NCBI GenBank assembly: GCA_051866635.1
Contig: JBJDXJ010000038.1
Location: 32,001-96,000, forward strand
DNA: 64,000 nt
Direction: 5' to 3'
DNA from: Clostridia bacterium
Lineage (GTDB): Bacteria > Bacillota > Clostridia > UMGS1883
Below are positions 50,801 to 59,395 of this stretch, piece by piece. The first letter of the stretch is position 1. Every line of letters starts with the position of its first letter. The notes under the pieces were generated by a model. The model had not been told where the DNA came from. It ran no database searches and saw only the letters and a list, made by a program, of their open reading frames with translations. Both the position numbers and the translations under genes were made by a program.

Positions 50801-52545
50801 CTTATGTAATTAATTACGAACCTATTGAAAATACACCTATTATTGATATTAGACATGATTACGGTAATAAGTACATGACTGTTGGCGGTTCAGATTTTGA
50901 AATTGTAAATTCTACAAATGAATCGGTAACTGTTAGCCTTGTGCCTAATAAAGGAACATGTGAAGCTGATATCCAAAGTGTAGTATACGACTTATATCTT
51001 AATGGTGTGGCTACAGAAAAAAATAAAAATATTTATCTTCCCATAACAGGTGGTACTTTAACGCTTTCTGAAGAAGGCGAATGGGCAATCGGAAATGTAA
51101 GAATAACAACAGAAAGCGGTAAAGAGTATAATCTTCTTCCTGATTATCAAGTAGTTGCTTTAATAGACAAGACTGCTCCTGTATTTGATAATGCAGAAAC
51201 AAAACTTGTTGGTATAGGCGGTGAATTGACATTATTTGGATTGGCTGAACCTACAAATGAGCAACAGAAATTAACAGCAAAAGCTAAAGATAATTGCATA
51301 ACATATAAAGGCGGAGCATCTACTGTTTTATTCTATGAATATGCATTGCTTGAAAAAGGCATGATTGAGCCTAATTGGGAACCATTGAAGTATGAATGGA
51401 ATGACACAAAAGTTGAAACCGATGCAATTATAACAACATCTTTTGAAGGAACAGTTCTTGTTAGAGTTACAGACGTAGCAGGTAACAGCTCCGTAAAATC
51501 CATTCAGGTATTTGCAGAAGGAACCAAACCTGAAATCTCAATTACAGCTCCTTCATCTTGGCAGACAGAAGATGTTATGATCAAGGTTGATGTAGTTGAT
51601 AAAGGATTATCTTCTACAATAAAGAGTGTTACATATGAATTATTAAATGGTGCTCATAAGGAAAAAGGTGAGCTTTCGTCAATAGGTGGTTCTATCGAAA
51701 TCACACGAGAAGGAATAACTAAAGTTAAAATAACTGCAGAAGATTATGCCGGAAACATTGAAACAATAGATACTTGTGAAGTAAAGATTGATAAAACTGC
51801 TCCTGAATACTCAGGCATAGTTGAGTTGCTTGGTGTTTATAATGAACACGAAATTCCCGAAAGTAAATGGAACGTTATCCATGACGGTTGGACATATAAC
51901 CATAATGTAAGCCTTGAAGGAATTGAAGATACTCATTCGGGAATTAAGAAAGTGAATATTACTTTTACAGGTGATGACGGTGCCGTAACTGAAACTACAC
52001 TTAATTCAAGTCAGACAAGTAGCAGCTTCTCTGAAAACGGCAAGTATGATCTTACTTTGATTGACAATGCAGGTAATGTTAGAAATATCAGCTTTACAAT
52101 CAATAAAGATTTACAGAATGTAATCAATGTCATTGGTATAGATGAATTCGGTAAGCTGAATATCGCAGTTACAGATGGTGATGATATGCTTACGTTCTAT
52201 AAGAAAGAAAACAGCGAAAGCAAATACACCAAGATGTATAATGGTATAACAAACCAGTTAATTGATGGTAAGACCGGCGTACGTTATATCTACGGACAGA
52301 ATGATGCAGGTAAGAAATCAAATACATTGTATGTAATTGTTGCTCCAAGTACTGAATATGGAATTTCATTAATGAGTCTTAGCTCGATACCTAACAGATA
52401 TTTGAATATTGATGCTGAAGGCGAAAAGGTTACTGTTACGAAGATTGATGAAATTTTCAATCCCGGAATCAATGAAAACATCTCCGTTGGTTCTGTTGTT
52501 GAAATCAACGAAGATGGTATATATTCAATTACAACTAATGATTAA
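44848..52545 (+). CDS. giant secreted Ig-like repeat protein (2565 aa), putative adhesin or surface scaffold
   Basis: Signal peptide; about ten IDxTAP/VDKINP-type and eight DxAGN-type motifs; acidic; no LPxTG, SLH or TM anchor seen. Confidence 0.8.
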   Translation: MKSKKFTAWILVMAMLVTMLPSSLALATGDHTTPAPYPVIVTDVFSEMTNDISGVDKGTDLDLTGTTNDALPTVNSAVGAETVLDGVDGTVYHNADSEINNMRRKQILTFVAKSQDDSNFINSSTSTGVAEHAVEIAYLDTDREPLEIDLDSEEFEVIGSGDWSNAWIDLSQDVQQTDRTLETFLTKELEGINPELLTAAQLFATGDMVSFMIYNVIRSDFAGYLRIKITDNNGNTTVQDYPIVADGQYPAVSISTSTYKNPVGENVENSAVTTVAENTFINEMDFVTVMEDTEENKEENETDNIHKSYRWHNLDKDALQNALNWEDENYKPEDIWAMGDISIDEIKISDLLVTSGIESVKYSVANYGLKENVTPSTLEGTIELTYDPATKTCSAGTPIVISNEGFNVLAITAVDNSGLKTTNRYYFYMDTTAPKAKFDLVELDKNVVSLFTDADTVTNRQQAIDMSESDDVTASVDVISGLEDATAGETENNKMYQYRLLATKAGATEGGNVPDGYTATVLDKEGNDLSGWKIWTGETETPVIDKEFDGIVQVRVQDRAGNWSPIVSVTSDGKETIITDNTNPVIDVKEYALDTNGDTIGNTDAEIIGGTATDILITSARVTETTDGEIENEVIHTITGDVAPWINDSAVLEVKITDEDLANEIRSSGLKKGQINVTAEFNAENENKKVKIWNKNGVDKKNVDDSFNLTEDYIFGTETDKDLTFYIEYEGTGVVDITVSVKDQADVNDGDVFSTIYTTQLRVDKINPYIIYKGYDITDKANEDLLKANHEKVDYEVRNMPWGPNSQVLEVVVKDDDITPIQSKTKNIRFNADKELDLYEYVGGVFTKIKTYAAGNDNVVSLSDCEELANEKYESNVGYKFYLVYEGTGIAKVEFFADDSATAPNVRDYPSIATAAEAEPVLYDAMLRVDKINPEIKNVKLVETDIDVEDKGWSLFSFNETNVEVNTRKQMKITFEIVDENTTTEQSGVNIQNEKISGVDLIDVYKNYVEKDKTHLYDNKPTTYTTDDVNDKAVDPNIDYILLPVEAGSINGTGGNFEEAASASNEAIEALVAEYLDKVYNADGDKCEWKKASWKDGGIVVPDEFQGAIVIRTIDRVGNIDYAEAITFVAESREALIDFNPQNGYIWSQNNYGWSKRDYDYVEIRVKDDNEDKVDAWLENVFISVTDLEGNDISTKETVKFAPNDPSLKIDPSAYTYVSLSDFTNEAAYGYDVIDAYGLVEKLYRDSEGYIHLGYVRVAESAQIKVTIFDKAKHNDVEYTGNKTTGIWTSRIDRTAPTVNVKVVAIPASEHGAADNNKVVLGLKADIIDNESGVAPYITDGTYNVYTPENVPASGVFASDKSFLYKVTNDADAEVERFDSGTFNTRQYELPGLQYALIPENGKLENVKPWNFETDPKTVYDENGYNGNMGATYVWHNYVDDKTPILPEEGFDGYIVVRAIDKAGNITVIGCAPTIDIEAAEGWQKETQLIHVKASPKTGNITTVEYMGNNNLLTHDEAGNLVTRNIYAEAISGAGTFIEVTEEGITDVIITASEEYTAQQTVKAASDERNATWEGSMIVGNATPSGYEDFKFQTVQVKIDKTAPTFEFTLVDAANEEIVTSSRGFGIKVADGEEIVDPIPNLPDVVGYRSHISSGIAKVEYCVASEGMEEWHEVDKATWETGVIKAYEDNAAITGTVKVRVTDNAGNVTEKSKSINIDSAIPIISISKSYDSKWSNKPVEVKVTVSSGAEFSDISSVYYTVTGGTEGELPVTGGTITIGQEGVYEVSVKALTKSGKSLEAWTDVHIDWTAPDFELELTDGEDVLADGAKTGNAVTVNVKDIIDNVSGVKSIEWCKVAEGSVNEQWNNITSAKTATIEKAEAFTGTVKVRVTDEAGNVTVKTQRVIHNDDVAMPELVGVASGSWKIDNDTVTVASYADDKVKVRYSNNGEPWTDVIENSITLVPGANRIRLQAYREDCGCESDVRTYVINYEPIENTPIIDIRHDYGNKYMTVGGSDFEIVNSTNESVTVSLVPNKGTCEADIQSVVYDLYLNGVATEKNKNIYLPITGGTLTLSEEGEWAIGNVRITTESGKEYNLLPDYQVVALIDKTAPVFDNAETKLVGIGGELTLFGLAEPTNEQQKLTAKAKDNCITYKGGASTVLFYEYALLEKGMIEPNWEPLKYEWNDTKVETDAIITTSFEGTVLVRVTDVAGNSSVKSIQVFAEGTKPEISITAPSSWQTEDVMIKVDVVDKGLSSTIKSVTYELLNGAHKEKGELSSIGGSIEITREGITKVKITAEDYAGNIETIDTCEVKIDKTAPEYSGIVELLGVYNEHEIPESKWNVIHDGWTYNHNVSLEGIEDTHSGIKKVNITFTGDDGAVTETTLNSSQTSSSFSENGKYDLTLIDNAGNVRNISFTINKDLQNVINVIGIDEFGKLNIAVTDGDDMLTFYKKENSESKYTKMYNGITNQLIDGKTGVRYIYGQNDAGKKSNTLYVIVAPSTEYGISLMSLSSIPNRYLNIDAEGEKVTVTKIDEIFNPGINENISVGSVVEINEDGIYSITTND

Positions 52546-52558
52546 TTAAACTAATTGT

Positions 52559-52586
52559 GCAGAGAGTAGTTTATGCTACTCTCTGC
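52559..52586. other. intergenic stem-loop without U-tract
   Basis: GCAGAGAGTAG-TTTATG-CTACTCTCTGC. Confidence 0.7.
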
Positions 52587-52612
52587 CAAAACTTAGAGAA
52601 AGGACAGATACT

Positions 52613-53965
52613 ATGAAAAAAATTATTTCTTGCATTCTTGCAGTTACAATACTGTGTTGCAGTGCTGTCGCTTTTGCTGATGAAAAAGAGGTTGTAATTG
52701 ATACTGAAGTGCCTGTATTTAAAGATTTAGTGGATGGTTCAAGCTATTCCGGAAGCAAAACAGTTGAAATTGCAGATTTAAGCCAAGTTAACTGTGTTTT
52801 AATGAAATCCGGAAAAGGAACAGTTAGTTTTGCCGGCAAAACATTTGAAGGTTATACGAAAGTTGCGGAAGAATATAATCTTGATTGTATAAACTACACT
52901 GAGGTAGCTACTGTTTCTGATGTAGGTTCGTATATGATATATGCAACAGACATCTACAATCACGATATTGCTGTAAGATTTACAATAACCAAATCAGGCG
53001 AAGGCACCGGCGGTGGCGGAGGCGGTGGTAGTGACACTACAACAGTTAAACAACCATACGCTAACGGCGATCCTGATAATGTAAAAGGAACTGTGACAGC
53101 AGGTAAAAAAATCACATTAGATACTGATACAGGAAATGCGAAGATATATTATACAACCGATGGAACGACCCCCACAAGTAAAAGCAGGCGTTATGATGCA
53201 AACATCGGCATCATTTTGAAGGAAGGTCAGATCCTGAAAGCAGTTGCGATTAAGGGCGGCATATCAAGTGAAGTCTCCGAGTGGATATGTACTTCATTCA
53301 AAAAGGGTGAATCTGTTGTTAAAGATGTGTTAGAAACAGAAGAACATATTGTTTATATGTTCGGTTATCCGGATAAAACCTTCGGACCAAACGACAATAT
53401 GACACGTGCAGAAGTAGCAACAATGTTCACAAGACTTATGAAGGATAAAATGGATAGTGATGTCGTATATGAATCTTCATTTTCAGATGTTACGCCGGAT
53501 GCATGGTATTATAACTATGTGGGATATATAGAAAAGTTCGGAATCATCACCGGTTATGAAGATGGTACGTTCAGACCTCAAAACACTATAACAAGAGCAG
53601 AATTTGTTACTATGGCAAGTCGTTTCGCAACTGTCAGCAAAGAGTTTGAGTGTGACTTTACAGATGTTACAACAGAACATTGGGCATATGATTACATTGC
53701 ATTTGCCGCCGGCAACAGTTGGATTGGTGGCTATGAGGATAACACATTCAGAGCCGATAATACAATAAGCAGAGCAGAAGTTGTAACTATTGTAAATAAT
53801 ATGCTTATCAGAAATGCTGATAAAGAATATGTGAATGCTAATAAAGCATTGCTTACATTGTTTGCTGATGTGAACGAAGAACATTGGGCTTATTATAATA
53901 TCATTGAGGCAACAAATGAACATACTTATAAAGTAAATGACAATGTGGAAAAATGGAATCAATAA
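52613..53965 (+). CDS. SLH protein with Ig-like and Fn3-associated (CHB_HEX_C-like) domains
   Basis: Signal peptide, poly-Gly linker, IYYTTDGTTPT, three SLH repeats (GYPDKTFGP..TRAE, GYEDGTFRP..TRAE, GYEDNTFR..SRAE). Confidence 0.88.
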   Translation: MKKIISCILAVTILCCSAVAFADEKEVVIDTEVPVFKDLVDGSSYSGSKTVEIADLSQVNCVLMKSGKGTVSFAGKTFEGYTKVAEEYNLDCINYTEVATVSDVGSYMIYATDIYNHDIAVRFTITKSGEGTGGGGGGGSDTTTVKQPYANGDPDNVKGTVTAGKKITLDTDTGNAKIYYTTDGTTPTSKSRRYDANIGIILKEGQILKAVAIKGGISSEVSEWICTSFKKGESVVKDVLETEEHIVYMFGYPDKTFGPNDNMTRAEVATMFTRLMKDKMDSDVVYESSFSDVTPDAWYYNYVGYIEKFGIITGYEDGTFRPQNTITRAEFVTMASRFATVSKEFECDFTDVTTEHWAYDYIAFAAGNSWIGGYEDNTFRADNTISRAEVVTIVNNMLIRNADKEYVNANKALLTLFADVNEEHWAYYNIIEATNEHTYKVNDNVEKWNQ

Positions 53966-53978
53966 GGAGGTATGGAAG

Positions 53979-55082
53979 ATGAGAAAAGTACTTTCTATAT
54001 TGATGGCTGTTATTATTATATTGACTCTTAGCAGTGTGATTGTGGTGTTCGGTTACGATGGTAATGTTTTGTATTCAGATGTAAACTCAAATCATTGGGC
54101 ATTTGAAGCTATATCTTTTGCTACGGAGAAAAAGTGGTTTAATGGATATTCCGACGGCACTTTTTGTCCCAACAATACAATTTCACGGGCAGAGGCTACA
54201 AAAGTATTGGTTTCTTTGCTTGAAAGAGACGTTAAAAAAATATCAGATACCAGTTATAGTGATGTATTCGTTACAGATTGGTATGCCCCTTATATAGAGG
54301 CGGGGAAGGATTTGTTTCTCAACGTCAAGGATGGCGGAAAATTCAAGCCAAATACTCCTATCTCTCGTGAAGAAACTGTTTATGCTTTGGTTCGTGGAAT
54401 GAAATTTAACATTTCTGTTGAATATGTGGATCAGTCAATGCTTGAAAAATTCACTGATGCCAAGGAAATAGATGATTCGATAAAGCCATATTTTACAATA
54501 GCGATGCAGAAAAAGTTAATTTCAGGATATAGCGATGGAACTGTTAAAGCAAAAGATTCGTTAACCAGAGCAGAGTTTGCAACATTGCTGTACCGAGCGT
54601 ACCGGATTAGCCAAGGAAAAGGCATTGACCAAATCGAAATGACAAATGATGAGGCAAAAAGTTACGAAGAGTCTTATGAAGACTATGAATTAACCGATTC
54701 AAGTGAAATAGCTTTTAGAAAGGCTGTTGTAACACTGGTTAATGAGATACGTAATGACTATGGTTTGAATCAGCTTTCAGAAAATCCCGATCTTGCAAAA
54801 GTAGCACAGATGAAAGCTGAAGATATGCAAAATAATGACTATTTTGACCATCAGTCTCCGACTTATGGTTCACCTTTCGATATGATGGATGAATTCGGCA
54901 TATCATATATAAGTGCCGGAGAAAACATAGCAAAAGGACAATCAACTCCCCAAGAGGTTGTAGATAGTTGGATGAACTCAATGGGACATAGAGAGAATAT
55001 TTTAGATCCTTCATATGATCAGATAGGAATTGGCTATTCGGCAGATGAAGATATTTGGGTTCAAATGTTTATAGGTCAGTAA
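53979..55082 (+). CDS. SLH protein with C-terminal CAP/SCP domain
   Basis: N-terminal SLH repeats; YFDHQSPTYGSPFDMM, AGENIAKGQ, WMNSMGHRENIL. Confidence 0.9.
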   Translation: MRKVLSILMAVIIILTLSSVIVVFGYDGNVLYSDVNSNHWAFEAISFATEKKWFNGYSDGTFCPNNTISRAEATKVLVSLLERDVKKISDTSYSDVFVTDWYAPYIEAGKDLFLNVKDGGKFKPNTPISREETVYALVRGMKFNISVEYVDQSMLEKFTDAKEIDDSIKPYFTIAMQKKLISGYSDGTVKAKDSLTRAEFATLLYRAYRISQGKGIDQIEMTNDEAKSYEESYEDYELTDSSEIAFRKAVVTLVNEIRNDYGLNQLSENPDLAKVAQMKAEDMQNNDYFDHQSPTYGSPFDMMDEFGISYISAGENIAKGQSTPQEVVDSWMNSMGHRENILDPSYDQIGIGYSADEDIWVQMFIGQ

Positions 55083-55105
55083 TTATAAAAGAAAGGGAGA
55101 TTTAT

Positions 55106-57076
55106 ATGAAGAAAATAGTAAGTTTAATAATTTGTGCGGCATTCTTATTTTCCATGACGGTAACATCCTTTGCGGCACTGTCATATGGCTCCGAATGGGA
55201 TGGATATTATCATGACGCAACAACAACGTATGCAGATGTACCTTCTTCTCATTGGGCATACAATGCAATTATGAGATCTACTGAGAAGAATTGGTTTGGT
55301 GGTTATCCCGATGGAACTTTCAGACCTGATGGTCCTATTAAAAGAGCAGAAGCTCTTAAGGTTTTTGTTGTATTTTTAGGATTAGAGCTTGAAGATGTAA
55401 CAGAAAGTACTTTTTATGATGTAGATCCTAATAAGTGGTATGCACCTTACATAGAAGCCGGAAAAGACTTGTTCCCTACACATACAACAAATCAGGGAAA
55501 GACACCATTTAATCCTGAAATGCCTGTGACAAGAGAAGATACAATCTATGCTCTTGTTAAAGCACTGGGTTACAATGTTGGTGTAAAATATGTTGATGAG
55601 TCTATATTAAATATGTTTTCAGATAAAAATAGCATTTCGGGAGATATAAGACCTTATTTTGCTATTGCACTTCAAAACGAATTAGTATCAGGATTTCCTG
55701 ATGGAACAATTCGTGCACAGGATTCTCTTACAAGGGCAGAATTTGCAACGTTGTTATATCGTGGTAGCTTTGTAGGATTTAATGATGCGTATGAAGCTAT
55801 TATAGACTCTGTAACCGTAACACCTACAACCAGCATCGAAATGACTGTCGGCGAAACAATCACATTATCGGCAAGAGCTACATACACAGATAAAACGAAC
55901 AAGCCTTATACCGAATTATCGCCCTATGATGCAAACGGCAATGGAGTTATAACATTAAAAGGAACAACTATCACAGCCGTTAAGGAAGGTACAGCAGTAA
56001 TCAAATACAATGATTCTTATTTGAAAAAAGAATCTTTGACAATAACTGTTAAGAATCCTACTGAAGGTCCAAGCTTGAAAGTTACAGATTATGACGACAT
56101 AACAAAAGAATCAACTATGGAAATCAAGGGCCGTGTTACTGACAAAAACGGTGATGTTGATTTAACCTGTAATGGCAAGGATGTTGCTGTAAAAAGCGAT
56201 GGTAGCTTTGCTGTAACAGTTTCACTTGTAATTGGTACAAATAACATTCAGTTTGTGGCTGAAAATATTTATGGTGTGGAAACAACAAAGAGCGTTACTA
56301 TTATAAGAGAAAAAGAAGAAACAACATCAACAACAGTACCCGACACAGATTCCGATGGTGACGAAAAGGAAGAAAAGGAAGAAAAAGAAGATAAAGAAGA
56401 AACTGTCTCTGCTCCAACAACGCCTTCAAGCGGAGAAGAAGGAACACCTTATTTAACCTTTGATAAGAGCACGGGAACAATTACAAAATGCGGCACAAGC
56501 GTTGCCGATATTGAAATTCCTGACAAAATCGAAGGTGTAAACGTGCACATCATAGGCGAAGGTGCTTTTGAAGGTTGTACTTATCTTGAAAGTATTACAT
56601 TCCCTTCAACTTTAAAGACCATAAAGGCATCTGCATTCAGCAGATGTACACACCTTTTAGAAGTGAAAATTCCCGAAGGAACAACAAGCATTGGTGCAAA
56701 TGCATTTGATGGATGTGTTTATCTTACAGATGCTGTCATACCCGAAGGTATTAAGAAGATTGCAGATGAATTGTTCATCGGATGTAAGAGGTTGAAAAAC
56801 ATCTCTTTACCCGAAACAGTTAAAGAAATCGGTGCAAATGCCTTTGAAGGTTGTAAGAGCTTGGAAGAGGTTGTATTGCCCGAATCTACAACTACTATAA
56901 AAGACGGCGCATTTAAAAATTGTGGCGGTCTTCAGAAAATCGTTATTCCCGACAATGTAACAACTATTGCAGATGATGCATTCGACGGATGTAACGCACT
57001 CACAATCTATGCTTCCGTTAGTTCGTATGCAATAGAATATGCAAAAGAAAACGGTATTGCTTGGGCAATTCTCTGA
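55106..57076 (+). CDS. SLH protein with Ig-like domains and BspA-type leucine-rich repeats
   Basis: Signal peptide, SLH repeats, EKEEKE linker, repeated IGxxAFxGCxxL motifs. Confidence 0.9.
   Translation: MKKIVSLIICAAFLFSMTVTSFAALSYGSEWDGYYHDATTTYADVPSSHWAYNAIMRSTEKNWFGGYPDGTFRPDGPIKRAEALKVFVVFLGLELEDVTESTFYDVDPNKWYAPYIEAGKDLFPTHTTNQGKTPFNPEMPVTREDTIYALVKALGYNVGVKYVDESILNMFSDKNSISGDIRPYFAIALQNELVSGFPDGTIRAQDSLTRAEFATLLYRGSFVGFNDAYEAIIDSVTVTPTTSIEMTVGETITLSARATYTDKTNKPYTELSPYDANGNGVITLKGTTITAVKEGTAVIKYNDSYLKKESLTITVKNPTEGPSLKVTDYDDITKESTMEIKGRVTDKNGDVDLTCNGKDVAVKSDGSFAVTVSLVIGTNNIQFVAENIYGVETTKSVTIIREKEETTSTTVPDTDSDGDEKEEKEEKEDKEETVSAPTTPSSGEEGTPYLTFDKSTGTITKCGTSVADIEIPDKIEGVNVHIIGEGAFEGCTYLESITFPSTLKTIKASAFSRCTHLLEVKIPEGTTSIGANAFDGCVYLTDAVIPEGIKKIADELFIGCKRLKNISLPETVKEIGANAFEGCKSLEEVVLPESTTTIKDGAFKNCGGLQKIVIPDNVTTIADDAFDGCNALTIYASVSSYAIEYAKENGIAWAIL
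55228..55770 (+). repeat. near-identical SLH-coding block, copy 1
   Basis: Long identical DNA stretches shared with about 57280-57822 (offset 2052 bp); boundaries approximate. Confidence 0.8.
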
Positions 57077-57093
57077 TAATATATTAACGATAC

Positions 57094-57122
57094 GGAAAGG
57101 CGGCATACTATGCCGTCTTTCC
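57094..57122. other. intergenic stem-loop without plus-strand U-tract
   Basis: GGAAAGGCGGCAT-ACT-ATGCCGTCTTTCC. Confidence 0.7.
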
Positions 57123-57145
57123 AAAAATAGAAAGGAGTTCTTAAC

Positions 57146-59260
57146 ATGAAATGTAAAGCAAAAAAGATAGTCACATTATTGTTAAGTGTTTTTATAATCT
57201 TATCTGCAATCAATTTTAATGTATTTGCTTTGGGGTACGGTTCTGAATGGGCAGAATACGACAATTCCAAGGAACAAAAGTATGCAGATGTACCTTCTTC
57301 TCATTGGGCATATGAAGCAATTAGCAGAGCAAGCAGCAAAAATTGGTTTGGTGGTTATCCCGATGGAAATTTCAGACCTGATGGTCCTATTAAAAGGGCA
57401 GAAGCTCTTAAGGTTTTTGTTGTATTTTTAGGATTAGAGCTTGAAGATGTAACAGAAAGTACTTTTTATGATGTAGATCCTAATAAGTGGTATGCACCTT
57501 ACATAGAAGCCGGAAAAGACTTATTCCCTACACATACAACAAATCAGGGAAAAACACCATTTAATCCTGAAATGCCTGTGACAAGAGAAGATACAATTTA
57601 TGCTCTTGTTAATGCACTTGGTTATCAGGTTGGTGCAAAATATGTTGATGAGTCTGTATTAGATATGTTTACAGATAAAAATAGCATTTCAAAAGATATA
57701 AGACCTTATTTTGCTATTGCACTCGAAAATGAACTTGTGTCAGGTTTTCCGGATGGAACAATTCGTGCACAGGATTCTCTTACAAGAGCTGAATTTGCAA
57801 CACTTTTATACAGAGGATCTTTCGTAGGACATAGTGACAACTACGAGGCAAAAATATCAAATGTAACAGTTTCTCCGGAGTCACCGATAGAAATTGAAAT
57901 TGGTGAAAGTGTTACGTTGACAGCAAGAGCAACATATACAGATGGAACAAATCAGGCATATTCAAGTTTGCAGCCTTATGATGCCGAAAACAATGGTGTT
58001 ATATCCTTAAGCGGAACAACAATCACAGGAATTAAAGAAGGAACAACAACAATTAAGTATAATGATTCATATCTTAAGAAAGATAGTTTAACGGTTATTG
58101 TTAAAAAGCCGACGGATGCTCCTAAAATAAAAGTTACTGATTATCCTGATACAACTGATGAAAGCAGAGTAACCATTTCCGGTACAGTTATTGACAAAAA
58201 TGTTGCAACTGTTGATTTTACATGCAACAGTAAAGATGTATTGTTAAATGAAGATGGTAGCTTCAGCACGATTGTATCGTTAAGACCGGGTGAAAATACT
58301 ATCAAGTTCACGGCGGTAAATGAATATAGTATGTCAGCAGAGAAAACAATAGAAGTCACAAGAACAAGTGCTCCGATTATCTTTATAACAAAATACAAAA
58401 ATAGCACAGTTGCTTCTAAAACAACTGTTGAAGGTATAATTACAGACAGCGATCTTTCTACCGTAAAACTTTCCTGTAACGGTGCAGATATAAGAATAAA
58501 TGCAGATGGTAGTTTTGCAACGGAAGTTGCATTGAAAATGGGCAAAAATCCTTTTACATTTACTGCAACAAATCAATACGAAAAAACAGCACAGCAGGCA
58601 ATAGAAATAACACGGTATGAGATTATCGATGAACCTAACGATGTTCCGGATGTTCCGGATTATGAAAAAATAAAAGGTAAGGTAGAACTTGTTTTTGTAA
58701 TTGATGCAACAGGCTCTATGTGTGATGAGATAGGAAATGTTAAAACAAATATCAGTGAATTTGCGGCACATTTAGAAGAAATGGGCGTAGATCTTAAAAT
58801 GAGTGTAGTTGAATACAGGGATATTACTTGCGATGAGCCTACTAAAGTTCATAAATATGCAGGCAATACATGGCACACAAGTTCAGAAAGCTTAATAACC
58901 ACATTGGCGTCTATCGATGCTTCCGGTGGCGGAGATGCTCCTGAAAGTGTTCTTGACGGATTCGGTCATGTTTTAGACAACAGACATATGGATTGGTCAG
59001 AGGATGCATTTAAGTTTGCTGTTCTTCTTACAGATGCAAGCTATAAGACAGAAAATACATACGGTTATAGCAGTCTAGAAGAAATTGCTGATAAGCTTGC
59101 ATCAAAGAACTTGAATACATCTGTTATAACTTCAACCTCTCTTTTTAAGACCTATAATGTTTTAACCAGTAAAACAGGCGGTTTACAGGTTGATATAACA
59201 TCAGACTTTGATAAGGCTTTGTCAGATTTGGCAGATAAAATTATTGACAGATCTTTGTGA
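57146..59260 (+). CDS. SLH protein with Ig-like domains and C-terminal vWA domain
   Basis: SLH repeats; MIDAS-type FVIDATGSM, GGGDAPES, LLTDA. Confidence 0.9.
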   Translation: MKCKAKKIVTLLLSVFIILSAINFNVFALGYGSEWAEYDNSKEQKYADVPSSHWAYEAISRASSKNWFGGYPDGNFRPDGPIKRAEALKVFVVFLGLELEDVTESTFYDVDPNKWYAPYIEAGKDLFPTHTTNQGKTPFNPEMPVTREDTIYALVNALGYQVGAKYVDESVLDMFTDKNSISKDIRPYFAIALENELVSGFPDGTIRAQDSLTRAEFATLLYRGSFVGHSDNYEAKISNVTVSPESPIEIEIGESVTLTARATYTDGTNQAYSSLQPYDAENNGVISLSGTTITGIKEGTTTIKYNDSYLKKDSLTVIVKKPTDAPKIKVTDYPDTTDESRVTISGTVIDKNVATVDFTCNSKDVLLNEDGSFSTIVSLRPGENTIKFTAVNEYSMSAEKTIEVTRTSAPIIFITKYKNSTVASKTTVEGIITDSDLSTVKLSCNGADIRINADGSFATEVALKMGKNPFTFTATNQYEKTAQQAIEITRYEIIDEPNDVPDVPDYEKIKGKVELVFVIDATGSMCDEIGNVKTNISEFAAHLEEMGVDLKMSVVEYRDITCDEPTKVHKYAGNTWHTSSESLITTLASIDASGGGDAPESVLDGFGHVLDNRHMDWSEDAFKFAVLLTDASYKTENTYGYSSLEEIADKLASKNLNTSVITSTSLFKTYNVLTSKTGGLQVDITSDFDKALSDLADKIIDRSL
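57280..57822 (+). repeat. near-identical SLH-coding block, copy 2
   Basis: Matches 55228-55770; boundaries approximate. Confidence 0.8.
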
Positions 59261-59269
59261 TTTAAAATC

Positions 59270-59307
59270 AGTGTGGTTGCTTCATTAATTTGAGGCAACC
59301 ACACTTT
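59270..59307 (+). terminator. putative terminator of the surface operon
   Basis: AGTGTGGTTGCTTCA-TTAATT-TGAGGCAACCACACT followed by TT. Confidence 0.65.
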
Positions 59308-59332
59308 ATAATGAGGTAATAATGAAAAATCA

Positions 59333-59395
59333 AGACGGGGTGCGGACATATTCTTGGACTTTAAAAGGAGTAAATAAATATGTCGCACCCCGTCT
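59333..59395. repeat. GC-rich imperfect inverted repeat
   Basis: AGACGGGGTGCGGACATATT...AATATGTCGCACCCCGTCT (one bulged G). Confidence 0.7.

Noticed and set aside
56355-56402. GAAAAGGAA-type repeats (EKEEKE), and poly-Gly codons near 53010, as slipped-strand phase-variation tracts
   Set aside because: Units are multiples of 3 and degenerate; they look like ordinary linkers
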